DNA from: Anaerolineae bacterium | Lineage (GTDB): Bacteria; Chloroflexota; Anaerolineae; S140-20 | Assembly (NCBI GenBank): GCA_027021705.1 | Contig: JALUTT010000117.1 | Coordinates: 1-64,000, forward strand | Direction: 5' to 3' | Length of the DNA: 64,000 nucleotides | Part shown: piece by piece, positions 29,033 to 39,144 of the stretch | Numbering within the stretch: the stretch's first letter is position 1 | Layout of the letters: each line of letters opens with the position of its first letter | The notes under the pieces: generated by a model | Told to the model about the DNA's origin: nothing | What the model saw: only the letters and a program-made list of their open reading frames with translations | Databases searched by the model: none | Program-made: the position numbers and the translations under genes

Positions 29033-30817
29033 TCAACGGCCATAGATCAAGGGGAGGTAGAACCGATGGGGCTCGACGATGGCGATGGCGGCATCGCTGC
29101 TGGATAACTGCCCATCTTCGCTCAGGGTCGCCTCGTTTACCAGGACGGTGGTATCGAAGACCTTCGCCGTCACCGCCAGGGTCACCGTCACCACCTGTCC
29201 TGCGGCCGGTGTTCCTTGCCAGGTGACCCGATGGCTCCCGGCGTCGTAGGTCACCGTCCCCTCGGTCGCCTCCAAGCGAGAGGGGGACGTAACTTCCTTC
29301 GGGAGGGGATCGGTGAGGAGCATCGGCCGGCCGGTGCCACGCACGGCCAGCGTGTAGGTGAGAACCCCACCAGCGGATGGATCTGGAGGCTGGACCAGCT
29401 TCTCCAGCGTACCCGCCGTGGTCCCATAGACAACGGTCAGCGTGGGACGCCCTTCGGCGTTCCAATCGCCGGTATCCGAGGAGACGAAGTACTTCCCGCT
29501 GTGGTAGGGGCCGTCGGCGCTGTAGAGGACCAGCCGCAGGGGACGCCCCTCAGCATATGCCTGGGCCACGGCCCCGGTCACGTCCCACTGTCGGGGCAGG
29601 CCCGGCCAACCGGGAAACGCGGTGGGGTCCACCCAGGCCGCCGAGACGTTCTCCACGGCCAGGGGAGCGTTGTTCCAGGTCAGGGTCGTCTCGTCCCAGG
29701 CCTCGCCCACGGTAAAGACTTGGATGTAAGACGGCTCCGCCTGGCTAGGATCCGACCCACCGAACTGATGTAGGGTCAACGTGGCCGAGAGGACCACCTT
29801 GCCCGAGGGCAAAGCGTCCAGTGGAAAGGTGACGTAGTACTTGGAGAAGCAGGGCCAGTCGGCCACATCGGACTGGTTCTGGATGTTGAAGTCGGTAGCA
29901 CCGGCATAGTTGGCCTCTCCCCACTCGCTCCAAAAGTCGAGGCCACTGCCGCAGAGGGTCCCTCCGCCGACGGCGGCATCCACCACCGTGGCCCCGTCCA
30001 GCTTGTGCCGGATGGTAACGCTCCCCTCGGCGACGGCCGGTGGCGGCTGGTAGGCCGGCAGCCCGAAGGCGAGTTGCCCCCAGGTGGACGGACGTGCCGA
30101 ATCCATGGTCTCAGGCCACCGCTTGGGGGCGATAGGGGTGCCGACGGCATCGTCCCGATCGTGGAGCTCCAGAGCCAGCCCCCACGCCGTCCCCGAGGCC
30201 GGGGGGCCGGTGAGCCCGAGGCTGGCGAAGGGGATGTGGAAGGTAAGCACCCATCCCCGGTTGTCGGCGTCCTTGTTCGGCCCTCCGGCTCCTCGATAGA
30301 CGCTCTCCGTCGTGAAGTCCACCGCTGTGGCCGTCCAGCCGGTGCCGTTCCCCCGGTAGGCCGCCTGGTAGCCGGACCGCGGTACCCACTGGGGGGCGAA
30401 CTGAGCCACGAAGCGGTAGGTGCTGGCATCAGGGCTGCTGCCCCGGTTGCCGTCCAGGTCCAGGTAAAGGGTGATGGCGTCCCAGTCGGTCAGGCTATCT
30501 TGGGAAGGGGAGAGATCGTACCATAGGCGGCGGTCGAAGATGGCCAAACGCAGACGAAGCTCCTCATCGGTGTAGCCCACCCGCACGTCCACGTAGTTGT
30601 CCGTGCGGTTGACCTGCCCAAACCAGAAGATGGCCATCTCGTCGAAGCGGATCTCACCGTTGAAATAGGGGGCGTTTACACGCCGCGATAGGGGGGAGGA
30701 TTGGGCGCTGACAGCGGGAGGGGCGGGGGGGGATGCCAACGCTAACAGAGGGAAGAACCCGATCAGGAAGGCGAGCAGCGCATACCGCGCGATACCTGTG
30801 AGGGACCATCGGTTCAT
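29033..30817 (-). CDS. Secreted protein with CBM9-like, DNRLRE-like and DUF11-like domains and C-terminal YLPLI motif
   Basis: Signal peptide; VLSATLTL, WDETTLTWNNAP, WDVT.AV, RPTLTVVY; ends FYLPLIYGR. Confidence 0.75.
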   Translation of the reverse strand: MNRWSLTGIARYALLAFLIGFFPLLALASPPAPPAVSAQSSPLSRRVNAPYFNGEIRFDEMAIFWFGQVNRTDNYVDVRVGYTDEELRLRLAIFDRRLWYDLSPSQDSLTDWDAITLYLDLDGNRGSSPDASTYRFVAQFAPQWVPRSGYQAAYRGNGTGWTATAVDFTTESVYRGAGGPNKDADNRGWVLTFHIPFASLGLTGPPASGTAWGLALELHDRDDAVGTPIAPKRWPETMDSARPSTWGQLAFGLPAYQPPPAVAEGSVTIRHKLDGATVVDAAVGGGTLCGSGLDFWSEWGEANYAGATDFNIQNQSDVADWPCFSKYYVTFPLDALPSGKVVLSATLTLHQFGGSDPSQAEPSYIQVFTVGEAWDETTLTWNNAPLAVENVSAAWVDPTAFPGWPGLPRQWDVTGAVAQAYAEGRPLRLVLYSADGPYHSGKYFVSSDTGDWNAEGRPTLTVVYGTTAGTLEKLVQPPDPSAGGVLTYTLAVRGTGRPMLLTDPLPKEVTSPSRLEATEGTVTYDAGSHRVTWQGTPAAGQVVTVTLAVTAKVFDTTVLVNEATLSEDGQLSSSDAAIAIVEPHRFYLPLIYGR

Positions 30818-31008
30818 AGCCAATACCTCCTGCGTTCCCCACGAACCTGCCCGGCCAGGTATCCTGCTCGGCCTGGTTGTCCAACAGCCTATCAAACGTC
30901 ACAAGCCCTGTCACCCTTACATCGTCGCGCCTGGGGGTATGATAACAGCAGGAGCAGGGGATGACAATAGCCCGATGGTCCTCCCTCGTCTGTCGGCGGA
31001 CCTCGGGC

Positions 31009-32160
31009 TTATGGGGACGCAGGGGTGGGGGTAGGAGGAACGTAGATCCAGGTGAAGGCCCGGCTGGGACTGGAACGGCTGACCGCTTCGTAGCGGGGCA
31101 TGCCGTCCTCATCCAGCCCTACCTGCCGCATCACCGTCACCGACCAGAAGTAGCGCTTCTCCGGCACTTCGGCGACGGGGTAGAGCTCCTCCGGCAGGCG
31201 CAGGGTGCTGGTCCGACTGGGGTAGCGCCAGACCTGGCTCAGGTCGTCGGCCAGCGTCAGGTGCACCACGTACCACTCGTCGTCGTCCAGCGTCGTCACC
31301 GCCGCCCACTGGAGGACTACCGGCGGGTCGGTCCCCTGGATCACGGCCCCGTCGGGAGGGCTGAGAGGGGCCGGGGCCGAATAGGTGGGCTGTGGGGTGG
31401 GGGTGGCGTTGGGGGGGATGGTCGGCGTAGGCGACGGGCCGGGTGTCACTAGAGGGATGACCAGCGCCTGCCCTGCCTGGATCTTGGTGGGATCCTGGAT
31501 CCGGTTGGCTTTCTGGATTAGGTCGGGGGTGGTGCCGAACTTCTGGGCGATGCTGATCAGCGTATCCCCCCGCTGGACGACGTAGGTCACGAAGTCAGGC
31601 GGCGTCGGTGATGGCGTGCCCGGTCCCACCGTGGCCGTAGGTCCCAGGGTGGGCGTCGGAGCCGGGATGGCGATCCACTGGCCCACCTGGAGCTGGTTGG
31701 GGTCCTGGATGTGGGGGTTGTAGGCTAACAAGACCTCGACCGTGGTCCCGAACTGGACCGCGATAGAGGCCAAGGTATCCCCTTCCTGGACCTGGTAAGT
31801 CTTGGGCGGGAGGGGGGTAGGGGTAAAGGTGGGGGTCGGGCTGTTGGTAGGGGTGAGGGACGGTGTGGGCGTCCGGGTCACCGTCGGGGTCGCCAAGGGC
31901 GTAGGTGTGGCCGTAGGGACCGGGGCCGGCCGGTTCTGCTGGGACCAGAGGAATCCCCCCCCGGCCAGCAGGAGGAGCACAATCCCCCCTAGGAGGAGGG
32001 TGCGCCAGGGTCGGGCCGGAGGCGCTTCCTCCAGAGGAGGCACTTCTTCGACCAGCGGAGCGCCGCACATCAGGCAGGTGGTCGCTTGATCAGCCACCCG
32101 GCTGCCGCAGGCCGGACAACGCCGGGGCTCAAATTCAGCGGGAAAGGGTTGGGTGGACAT
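31009..32160 (-). CDS. Zn-ribbon/TM/2xLysM peptidoglycan-binding protein
   Basis: CPAC...CLMC, TM helix, PT linker, YQVQEGDTLASIA and YVVQRGDTLISIA. Confidence 0.9.
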   Translation of the reverse strand: MSTQPFPAEFEPRRCPACGSRVADQATTCLMCGAPLVEEVPPLEEAPPARPWRTLLLGGIVLLLLAGGGFLWSQQNRPAPVPTATPTPLATPTVTRTPTPSLTPTNSPTPTFTPTPLPPKTYQVQEGDTLASIAVQFGTTVEVLLAYNPHIQDPNQLQVGQWIAIPAPTPTLGPTATVGPGTPSPTPPDFVTYVVQRGDTLISIAQKFGTTPDLIQKANRIQDPTKIQAGQALVIPLVTPGPSPTPTIPPNATPTPQPTYSAPAPLSPPDGAVIQGTDPPVVLQWAAVTTLDDDEWYVVHLTLADDLSQVWRYPSRTSTLRLPEELYPVAEVPEKRYFWSVTVMRQVGLDEDGMPRYEAVSRSSPSRAFTWIYVPPTPTPASP

Positions 32161-32235
32161 TGGTCATCCCTGCCAGTGGGGTGCCCTGTCAAGAGGCGCA
32201 GGCGCCGACCTCCCTGGGCCGAGTCCCGGCGAGCA

Positions 32236-32296
32236 ATTATACCAGCAAAAGGACGAAAGTCAACAGATTGTCACCCCGGCCCAACTGTGTTATAAT
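32236..32296. promoter_or_regulatory. Back-to-back sigma70 promoters (LysM gene on -, LCP gene on +)
   Basis: Minus: TTGACT-16-TATAAT (32236-32263); plus: TTGTCA-17-TATAAT (32268-32296); both with TG extended -10. Confidence 0.65.
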
Positions 32297-32391
32297 CGCT
32301 GCCAGCCGGTCAGCCGTGGCGATCTGGTGGTTCCCCACAAGTTTCCCCGGCTGCCCGCCAGGCACCGAGTTCTAGCTACCTGACCGTTGCC

Positions 32392-32488
32392 GCCCTCCCG
32401 CAGACCACGCGGTGTCCGGTGACAGCGATGGCGTATCGGAGGCTGCCTATGACGCGCCTCAGGCCGTGGGAGGAACCTGCGGGAGGGT
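32392..32488 (+). mobile_element. Miniature inverted-repeat element, type B copy 2 (97 bp)
   Basis: GCCCTCCCGCAG...AACCTGCGGGAGGGT; core similar to 19308. Confidence 0.8.
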
Positions 32489-32542
32489 TCCTGGGGAATG
32501 TGCCAGGTCGCTCAAGCCAAATTCGCTGTCGAGGGGCTGCCA

Positions 32543-33949
32543 ATGATGGGCACACGAAGTCAAGGGCACCAACCGTACCGTCGGGGTGGCGTCCCCAACT
32601 GGTTGCTCACGGGCCTGGTGATCCTCTTCCTGGCCGTGGTGCTCTACGTGGCCTACTTCCTCTACGCCACCGTGCGCAACTTCGTCGCTAACCAGCAGAT
32701 CGTTGAATGGAGCAACCCACCGGTTCGGCCCGTGTCCACGGGTGTCGTCAACGCCGAGACGACGCCGATCCCCACCCCCCAGGTCTGGTCAGGCAAAGAG
32801 CGGGTCAACATCCTGGTCCTGGGCATAGACCAGCGGGAGGTGGAGACCGACGAGGGGCCCTGGCGGACGGACACGATGATCGTCCTGACCCTGGACCCGG
32901 TCAGCATGACCGCCGGAATGCTCTCCATCCCCAGGGACCTCTACGTGCCCATCCCCGGCTACGAGCGACAGTTGGGGAGCAACCAGCGGATTAACACCGC
33001 CCACTACTACGGCGATCTCTTCGGCTACCCTGGGGGCGGGCCGGCGCTGGCCAAGCGGACGGTGGAGTACAACCTGGGCATCCCCATCCACTTCTACGTG
33101 CGGCTCAACTTCACCGCCTTCGAGCGGCTGGTGGACGAGATCGGCGGCATTGACATCTACGTGCCGGAGACGATCAACGACCCCGACTACCCCGACGAGG
33201 GGTACGGCTACGACCCCTTCTACATCGAGGCCGGTTGGCACCACCTGGATGGCAAGACCGCCCTCAAGTACGCCCGCACCCGTGCCACCTTTGGGGGCGA
33301 CTTCGACCGGGCCAAGCGACAGCAGCAGGTGATCCTGGCCATCCGGGACCGGGTGCTGGACCTGGGCCTCCTGCCCCAACTCATCGCCAAGGCCCCCCAG
33401 TTGCTGCAGACCCTGGGCAACGCCGTCCAGACCGACATGACGCTGGAGCAGGCCCAGCAGTTGGCCTGGCTGGCAGCCCAGGTGGACCGGGACCGCATCC
33501 AGAGCGCGGTGCTGGACAACTACTATACCATCCCCTACGAGACCCCCGACGGCCAGCAGGTCCTGGTCCCCATCCGGGAGAAGATGCGGGAACTGCGGGA
33601 TACCCTCTTTGCCGAGGCCCCGCTGCCGGTCAGCCAGGATCCGCTGGCGCGGCTGGCCCAAGAGGGGGGACGCATCGTCGTGGAGAATGGGACGCAGACG
33701 GCGGGGCTGGCCCGGCGGACGAGCGAGTACCTGCAGGCCCGGGGATTCCAGGTGGTCAGTATCCGGGATGCCAACGAACTGCGGGCCGACACGGTCATCA
33801 TTGACCACACGGGAAAGCCCTTCACCGTCAGCTATCTGGCCCAGGTGCTGGGGGTGCCGGCCAGCCGCATCTTCAGCGATACCGGATCCAACGCCGAGGC
33901 CGACATCGAACTGATCTTAGGCGCGGACTTTCGGCTGCCCGAAGGATAA
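32543..33949 (+). CDS. LCP (LytR-CpsA-Psr) family protein with LytR_C domain
   Basis: NILVLGID, RTDTMI, SIPRDL, ALKYARTR, DFDRAKRQQ; VENGT..AGLA, IELILGAD. Confidence 0.93.
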   Translation: MMGTRSQGHQPYRRGGVPNWLLTGLVILFLAVVLYVAYFLYATVRNFVANQQIVEWSNPPVRPVSTGVVNAETTPIPTPQVWSGKERVNILVLGIDQREVETDEGPWRTDTMIVLTLDPVSMTAGMLSIPRDLYVPIPGYERQLGSNQRINTAHYYGDLFGYPGGGPALAKRTVEYNLGIPIHFYVRLNFTAFERLVDEIGGIDIYVPETINDPDYPDEGYGYDPFYIEAGWHHLDGKTALKYARTRATFGGDFDRAKRQQQVILAIRDRVLDLGLLPQLIAKAPQLLQTLGNAVQTDMTLEQAQQLAWLAAQVDRDRIQSAVLDNYYTIPYETPDGQQVLVPIREKMRELRDTLFAEAPLPVSQDPLARLAQEGGRIVVENGTQTAGLARRTSEYLQARGFQVVSIRDANELRADTVIIDHTGKPFTVSYLAQVLGVPASRIFSDTGSNAEADIELILGADFRLPEG

Positions 33950-33958
33950 GGGAATCCA

Positions 33959-34186
33959 ATGATGCACGTACGCTGTCAACGGTGTGGATGGAGCTTCACC
34001 CTCAGCCAGGAAGCGGTCGCTGCTGCCCTGGAGGAGGTCGAGGCCCAGAAGGCCCGGCACTACAACCTGGAGTGCCCCCACTGCCGCAAGGTGATCAAGA
34101 TCCCTGTCCAGGAACTGCGTCGTCACCACCGCCCCTTGCCTCCCCAGCCTGAATCCCCTCCCGACGCCCAGGAAACCCAGGGGTGA
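33959..34186 (+). CDS. Small Zn-ribbon protein
   Basis: CQRC...CPHC, AAGGGA RBS, tightly packed between neighbours. Confidence 0.75.
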   Translation: MMHVRCQRCGWSFTLSQEAVAAALEEVEAQKARHYNLECPHCRKVIKIPVQELRRHHRPLPPQPESPPDAQETQG

Positions 34187-34197
34187 GGACCTGACTG

Positions 34198-37122
34198 ATG
34201 GCCCATACGCTCCACATCGTGCCCCACACCCACTGGGATCGGGAGTGGTATCAGCCTTTCCAGCTCTTCCGACTGCGGCTGGTCCACCTAATGGACAGGC
34301 TCCTCACCCTCCTGGCTCAGGAGCCGACCGACCTGGCCTTCACCCTTGATGGGCAGGTCATCCTGCTGGAGGACTACCTGGCGGTGCGCCCGGAGCAGGA
34401 GGAGGCAATCAGGGCCCACGTGGAGGCAGGCCGTCTCCTCATCGGCCCTTGGTACGTCCTACCCGACGAGTTCCTCGTCGGTCCCGAAGCGATCCTCCGC
34501 AACCTGGAGCGGGGAGCCCGGCTGGCCCACGCCTTCGGGGGTGGGATGCCTGTGGGCTACATCCCCGATCCTTTCGGCCACATCGGTCAGATGCCCCAAA
34601 TCCTGCAGGGGTTCGGCATCCGCTGGGCAGCCTTGCGCCGGGGGCTGGACGACGAGCCCACGGAGCTCTGGTGGGAAGCTCCCGACGGCAGCCGGGTGCT
34701 CCTCAGCTACCTGCGCGATGGCTACGACAACGCGGCCCGCCTGCCCACGGAGCCCCGTGCCTTCGTCCAACGGCTGACCGAACTGCGGGACAGTCTGGCC
34801 CCCCACTCTCGCTCCGCCCACCTCCTGCTCCTGAACGGCACCGACCACCAGGAGCCCCAGCCGGAGCTCCCCCTCCTGATCGCCGCCGTCCAGGAGGGAA
34901 TCCCCGACCGGGTCCTCCTCAGCACGTTGCCCCGCTATTTTCAGGCGATGGAAGAGGCCCTGGGGGATGAGGGACTGGCCGAGTTGCCCGTCGTGCGCGG
35001 GGAACTGCGCTCCCCTAAGCGCCACCACCTGCTGCCCGGCGTCCTCTCCACCCGCATCTGGATCAAGCAGCGCAACCACGCCCTGGAGACGCTCCTGACC
35101 CGCTGGGCAGAGCCCCTCGCCGCCTGGGCGGAACTGCTGGACCCGGGGGACCTCCAGCCGGTGATCCTGACCGGCAATGTTCCCCTGCCTCGACTGCGCC
35201 ACCCAGCTCCCCTCTTGGACGAGGCCTGGCGGCTGCTCCTGCAGAACCACCCCCACGACTCCATCTGCGGCTGCAGCGTGGACCAGGTGCACCGGGAGAT
35301 GGTGCCCCGCTTCGACCAGGCCGAGCAGATCGCCGGGGAGATCACCCGCCAGAGCATGCTCACCATAGCCAGCCAGATCGAGATGGGCGGTAACCACCAG
35401 CGGATGCCTATCGTCGTCTTCAACCCGCTGGACGGCCCCCGCACCGATGCCGTGACTGTGACGGTTTCCCTGGCCGACCGCTTCCGCTGCTTCCAGGTGG
35501 TAGATGCCCAGGGCCAGGTCGTGCCCCACCAGATGGGTAATCCCGCCGAACCCCATCCGCTGCTGGATATGCGGGTGGACCGACAGGGACTGATCGGCGC
35601 GATGGCCTTCGTCCAGGAGGGCCGGATTATGGGACTGCCCATCCGCGAAGTCCGGGGCCGGCGGGAGGGAGTGCAAGCTACCATCACCATCGCCCTGCTC
35701 GAAGAGGGCTTGCCAGACCCAGAGGCGGTGGAGCAAGGGCTGGCCCAGGTCCAGGCCCTCCTGGCCGACGAATCGGTGGAGCAGTACCGGGTGATCGGTT
35801 ACCTAGCCCCCACCCAAGAGATCACCTTCGTCGCCCGAGACCTGCCAAGCTACGGCTACGCTACCTACTTCCTGGACCCGTCCGAGGAGGAGGTGGCAGG
35901 AAAACCCCTGAAGCCCCCCCCGCCTCCCGACGGCGGGGAGAGATGGGCCATCGAAAACGAACTGCTGCGGGTGGAGGTGGGGCCGGAGGACGGCACCCTC
36001 ACGGTGGTGGACAAGCGGACCGGTCAGGTTTACGCCGGCCTGCACCGCTTCGTGGACGGGGGCGACCGGGGCGACAGCTACACCTTCTGCCCCCCCGAAG
36101 AGGACACGGTGGTGGACCGACCGGCAGGGCCGCCGGAGGTGCATCTCCTCGAGGCCGGACCCGCCCGCTGGACGCTGGAGGTGCGCCAGCGCTACCTCCT
36201 GCCCGACGCCTTGGAGGCGGACCGGCGCCGCCGGACGGCCACCCGCACCCCCGTCCCCATCGTCAGCCGCATCCGTCTCGTGGCCGGCCTCCCCCGCGTG
36301 GACGTGGAGACGACGGTGGACAACCGGGTGCGGGACCACCGCCTCCAGGTCCACTTCCCCGTCCCCATCACCGTCGAGCGGGCCTTCTTCGACGGCCACT
36401 TCCAAGTCGTGGAGCGCCCCCTGGTCCTGCCCCGGGAGACCGAGGGGTGGGCGGAACAGCCGGTGCCGGAGCAGCCCCAACGGGCTTTCACCACCGTCTC
36501 CGACGGAGAGGTGGGGTTGACGGTGGCCAACCGGGGCCTGCCCGAGGTCGCCGTGCTCCCCGGCGAGGGAGGGACGACCATCGCCCTGACCTTGCTGCGG
36601 AGCGTTGGCTGGCTCTCCCGAGACGACTTCCCCTGCCGGCGAGGTAAGGCCGGGCCGGGCCTGCCCCTCCCCGAGGCCCAATGCCTGGGGCGCTACACCT
36701 TCCACTACAGCATCATCCCCCACGCCGGCGGCTGGGAGACGGTCTACCCCCTGGCCTACGCCTTCGAGGTCCCCCCGCGCGGCATCGTGATCGGAGCGCC
36801 CAACAGGTCGAATGGGGAGGTCCGCCCGCTGCCCCTCCGGGCCAGCCTGGTCCAGGTGGAGTGGGAGCCCCAGGAGCCGGGATCCGCCTTCCTGCTCACG
36901 GCGATCCGCCAGTCTGCCGACGGGCCGGGGCTGCTGGTGCGAGGCTACAACATCGGCGCAGTCCCCCTCGACGTCACCCTCACTCCCTGGTGGCCCTTCC
37001 GCCGGGCCTGGCGGGTCCGTCTGGACGGGGAGCTACTGGAGGAGCTCCCGGTAGCCGGGGACCACAGCGTGCGCCTGGCGGTAAAGGGGCACCAGATCGC
37101 CACCGTCCGCTTTGAGGACTAA
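34198..37122 (+). CDS. GH38 alpha-mannosidase (MngB-like)
   Basis: HTHWDREWY, LDGQ, IGPWYVLPDEFL, YIPDPFGH, HDSICGCSVD. Confidence 0.93.
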   Translation: MAHTLHIVPHTHWDREWYQPFQLFRLRLVHLMDRLLTLLAQEPTDLAFTLDGQVILLEDYLAVRPEQEEAIRAHVEAGRLLIGPWYVLPDEFLVGPEAILRNLERGARLAHAFGGGMPVGYIPDPFGHIGQMPQILQGFGIRWAALRRGLDDEPTELWWEAPDGSRVLLSYLRDGYDNAARLPTEPRAFVQRLTELRDSLAPHSRSAHLLLLNGTDHQEPQPELPLLIAAVQEGIPDRVLLSTLPRYFQAMEEALGDEGLAELPVVRGELRSPKRHHLLPGVLSTRIWIKQRNHALETLLTRWAEPLAAWAELLDPGDLQPVILTGNVPLPRLRHPAPLLDEAWRLLLQNHPHDSICGCSVDQVHREMVPRFDQAEQIAGEITRQSMLTIASQIEMGGNHQRMPIVVFNPLDGPRTDAVTVTVSLADRFRCFQVVDAQGQVVPHQMGNPAEPHPLLDMRVDRQGLIGAMAFVQEGRIMGLPIREVRGRREGVQATITIALLEEGLPDPEAVEQGLAQVQALLADESVEQYRVIGYLAPTQEITFVARDLPSYGYATYFLDPSEEEVAGKPLKPPPPPDGGERWAIENELLRVEVGPEDGTLTVVDKRTGQVYAGLHRFVDGGDRGDSYTFCPPEEDTVVDRPAGPPEVHLLEAGPARWTLEVRQRYLLPDALEADRRRRTATRTPVPIVSRIRLVAGLPRVDVETTVDNRVRDHRLQVHFPVPITVERAFFDGHFQVVERPLVLPRETEGWAEQPVPEQPQRAFTTVSDGEVGLTVANRGLPEVAVLPGEGGTTIALTLLRSVGWLSRDDFPCRRGKAGPGLPLPEAQCLGRYTFHYSIIPHAGGWETVYPLAYAFEVPPRGIVIGAPNRSNGEVRPLPLRASLVQVEWEPQEPGSAFLLTAIRQSADGPGLLVRGYNIGAVPLDVTLTPWWPFRRAWRVRLDGELLEELPVAGDHSVRLAVKGHQIATVRFED

Positions 37123-37129
37123 TGGACGT

Positions 37130-37158
37130 TTGACACCTCCCCCCTTTCCTCGTATACT
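37130..37158 (+). promoter_or_regulatory. sigma70 promoter of nrtR-ABC operon
   Basis: TTGACA-17nt-TATACT. Confidence 0.65.
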
Positions 37159-37204
37159 TCTGACGCCTGTCCTTTCGACCGGGAGTGCATTGGCTCGTCG
37201 GGGG

Positions 37205-37478
37205 GTATCTATTCCACCTACCCTCCCGCAGGTCACCGATCGAGGGCGCTTTCAGCCCCTAGGGCTTTTCAAGGCTCAAACGTTACCCTCCCGCAGGTCC
37301 CGCGGTGCCCGGCATCGCCATAGCTTGTCGGAGGCAGCCTACGACGCGCTTTAGACCGTGGAGAGGACCTGCGGGAGGGTTCCCCCCAAGGGTTAGAGCG
37401 CTGAAAAGCCCTGCAGCCCCGATGGGCTATTGGAAGCACGGCTTCGCGTCGGAAACGCGCCTAACCTGCGGGAGGGTG
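37205..37478 (-). mobile_element. Nested composite: reversed type A element split by a type C element that carries a type B element
   Basis: A halves flank insert 37260-37413 with CAGCCCC duplicated (37253-37259, 37414-37420); C TIR AGGGCTTTTCA/TGAAAAGCCCT; B at 37285-37380. Confidence 0.85.
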
Positions 37479-37500
37479 CGCAGTCGTCGGGGGTACTGAG

Positions 37501-38196
37501 ATGCCCGCTGAGGGCTTCAAAGGCGCACAGGACTACCCTTGTCCTTACGTCACGGTAGACGTCGTCATCTTCACCCTCCTGGACGACGATCTGAAAGTGC
37601 TGCTCATCCGGCGCAAGAACCCGCCCTTTGCCGGGAAATGGGCCATCCCTGGCGGCTTCATCGAGATGGACGAGTCCCTGGAAGAAGCCGCCCTGCGCGA
37701 ACTGGAGGAGGAGACCGGCGTCCGCGACGTCTACCTGGAACAGCTCTACACCTTTGGCGATCCCGACCGGGACCCTCGGGGGCGGGTGATCACCGTGGCC
37801 TATTTCGCCCTGGTGCCGGCCAACACCATCACCCCCAGGGCCGGCTCCGACGCCAGCGAGGCCCGCTGGTGGTCTATGTACGATCTGCCCGACCTGGCCT
37901 TCGACCACGAGCAGATCCTCAAGTACGCCCTCACCCGGTTGCGCTACAAGCTGGAGTACACCGCCGTCGGCTTTGAGCTGCTGCCGGAGCACTTCACCAT
38001 CCCCGAACTCCAGAGGGCCTATGAGATCATCCTGGGGGAGAAGCTGGACAAGCGCAACTTCCGGCGCAAGATCCTCTCCGCCCAGGTCATCGAGCCGACG
38101 GGTGAGTACCGCACGGGTGAAGGACGGCCGGCCCGCCTCTACCGCTTCCGCGATGACGCCGTTGCCGAGGTCAAAGCCCGTCGCCTCTTCCCCTGA
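37501..38196 (+). CDS. nrtR: NrtR-family Nudix/wHTH transcriptional regulator
   Basis: Nudix box GGF...ESLEEAALRELEEETG, QLYTFGDPDRDPR, LAFDH, DKRNFRRK, GRPARLY. Confidence 0.88.
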   Translation: MPAEGFKGAQDYPCPYVTVDVVIFTLLDDDLKVLLIRRKNPPFAGKWAIPGGFIEMDESLEEAALRELEEETGVRDVYLEQLYTFGDPDRDPRGRVITVAYFALVPANTITPRAGSDASEARWWSMYDLPDLAFDHEQILKYALTRLRYKLEYTAVGFELLPEHFTIPELQRAYEIILGEKLDKRNFRRKILSAQVIEPTGEYRTGEGRPARLYRFRDDAVAEVKARRLFP

Positions 38197-38234
38197 ACGT
38201 CCCCGCAAGCCCCTCTGCACGCAGGAGGCTATCC

Positions 38235-39143
38235 GTGAACGTCGTCGAGTTGAGCCACGTCAGCAAGTCCTTCGGAGACCTGCGAGCGGTGGATGACGTC
38301 TCCTTCTCCGTTGCGCCCGGGGAGATCTTCGGCCTTCTGGGACCCAACGGAGCCGGCAAGACGACCACCCTCCGTATGATCCTGGACATCTTCAAGCCCG
38401 ACAGCGGCCAGATCGCCGTCTTCGGCGGCCCCATCACCGAGGCCAAGAAGGAGCGCATCGGCTATCTGCCCGAAGAGCGCGGGCTGTACAAGGAGGTCCG
38501 CCTGGAGACCGTCCTGGTCTACCTGGCCACCCTCAAAGGGATGGACCCGGCAGCAGCCCGCCGCCGGACCATGGACTTCCTAGAGCGGCTGGACCTGCTC
38601 GAGCACCGCCACAAGAAGGTGGGAGAGCTGAGCCGAGGAATGCAGCAGAAGGCGCAGATCATCGCCACCCTCGTCCACGATCCCGACCTGATCATCGTGG
38701 ACGAGCCCTTTGCCGGTCTGGACCCGGTCAACACCCGGCTCGTCAAGGCCATCCTCCAGGAGCTGCGGGACCAGGGCAAGACGGTGATGATGTCCACCCA
38801 CCAGATGCACCAGGTGGAGGCCCTCTGCGATCGGATCATCCTCATCAACAGGGGGCAGGTGGTGCTGGATGGGCGGGTGGACGAGGTGAAGCGCCGCTTC
38901 GCCGGCAACGCCGTGATCGTCGCCGGTCGAGGTGACTTCGCCTCGCTGCCCGGCGTCCTGCGGGCCGAGCGGCAGGATAGCGTCTGGACCCTGACCCTCG
39001 CCCCCGGGACCACCCCCCAGGCGGTGATGCGCCTGTTGGCCGAGCGGGACGACCTGCTGGTCGAGCGCTTCGAGGTGGCGCTGCCCTCCTTGGATGACAT
39101 CTTCGTCACCGTGGTCGCCGGCGAGCAGGGGACAGGAGGCTGA
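38235..39143 (+). CDS. ABC-2 transporter ATP-binding protein (NatA/YhaQ-like)
   Basis: GPNGAGKTT, GYLPEERGLY, LSRGMQQK, DEPFAGLDPVN. Confidence 0.93.
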   Translation: MNVVELSHVSKSFGDLRAVDDVSFSVAPGEIFGLLGPNGAGKTTTLRMILDIFKPDSGQIAVFGGPITEAKKERIGYLPEERGLYKEVRLETVLVYLATLKGMDPAAARRRTMDFLERLDLLEHRHKKVGELSRGMQQKAQIIATLVHDPDLIIVDEPFAGLDPVNTRLVKAILQELRDQGKTVMMSTHQMHQVEALCDRIILINRGQVVLDGRVDEVKRRFAGNAVIVAGRGDFASLPGVLRAERQDSVWTLTLAPGTTPQAVMRLLAERDDLLVERFEVALPSLDDIFVTVVAGEQGTGG

Positions 39144-39144
39144 G

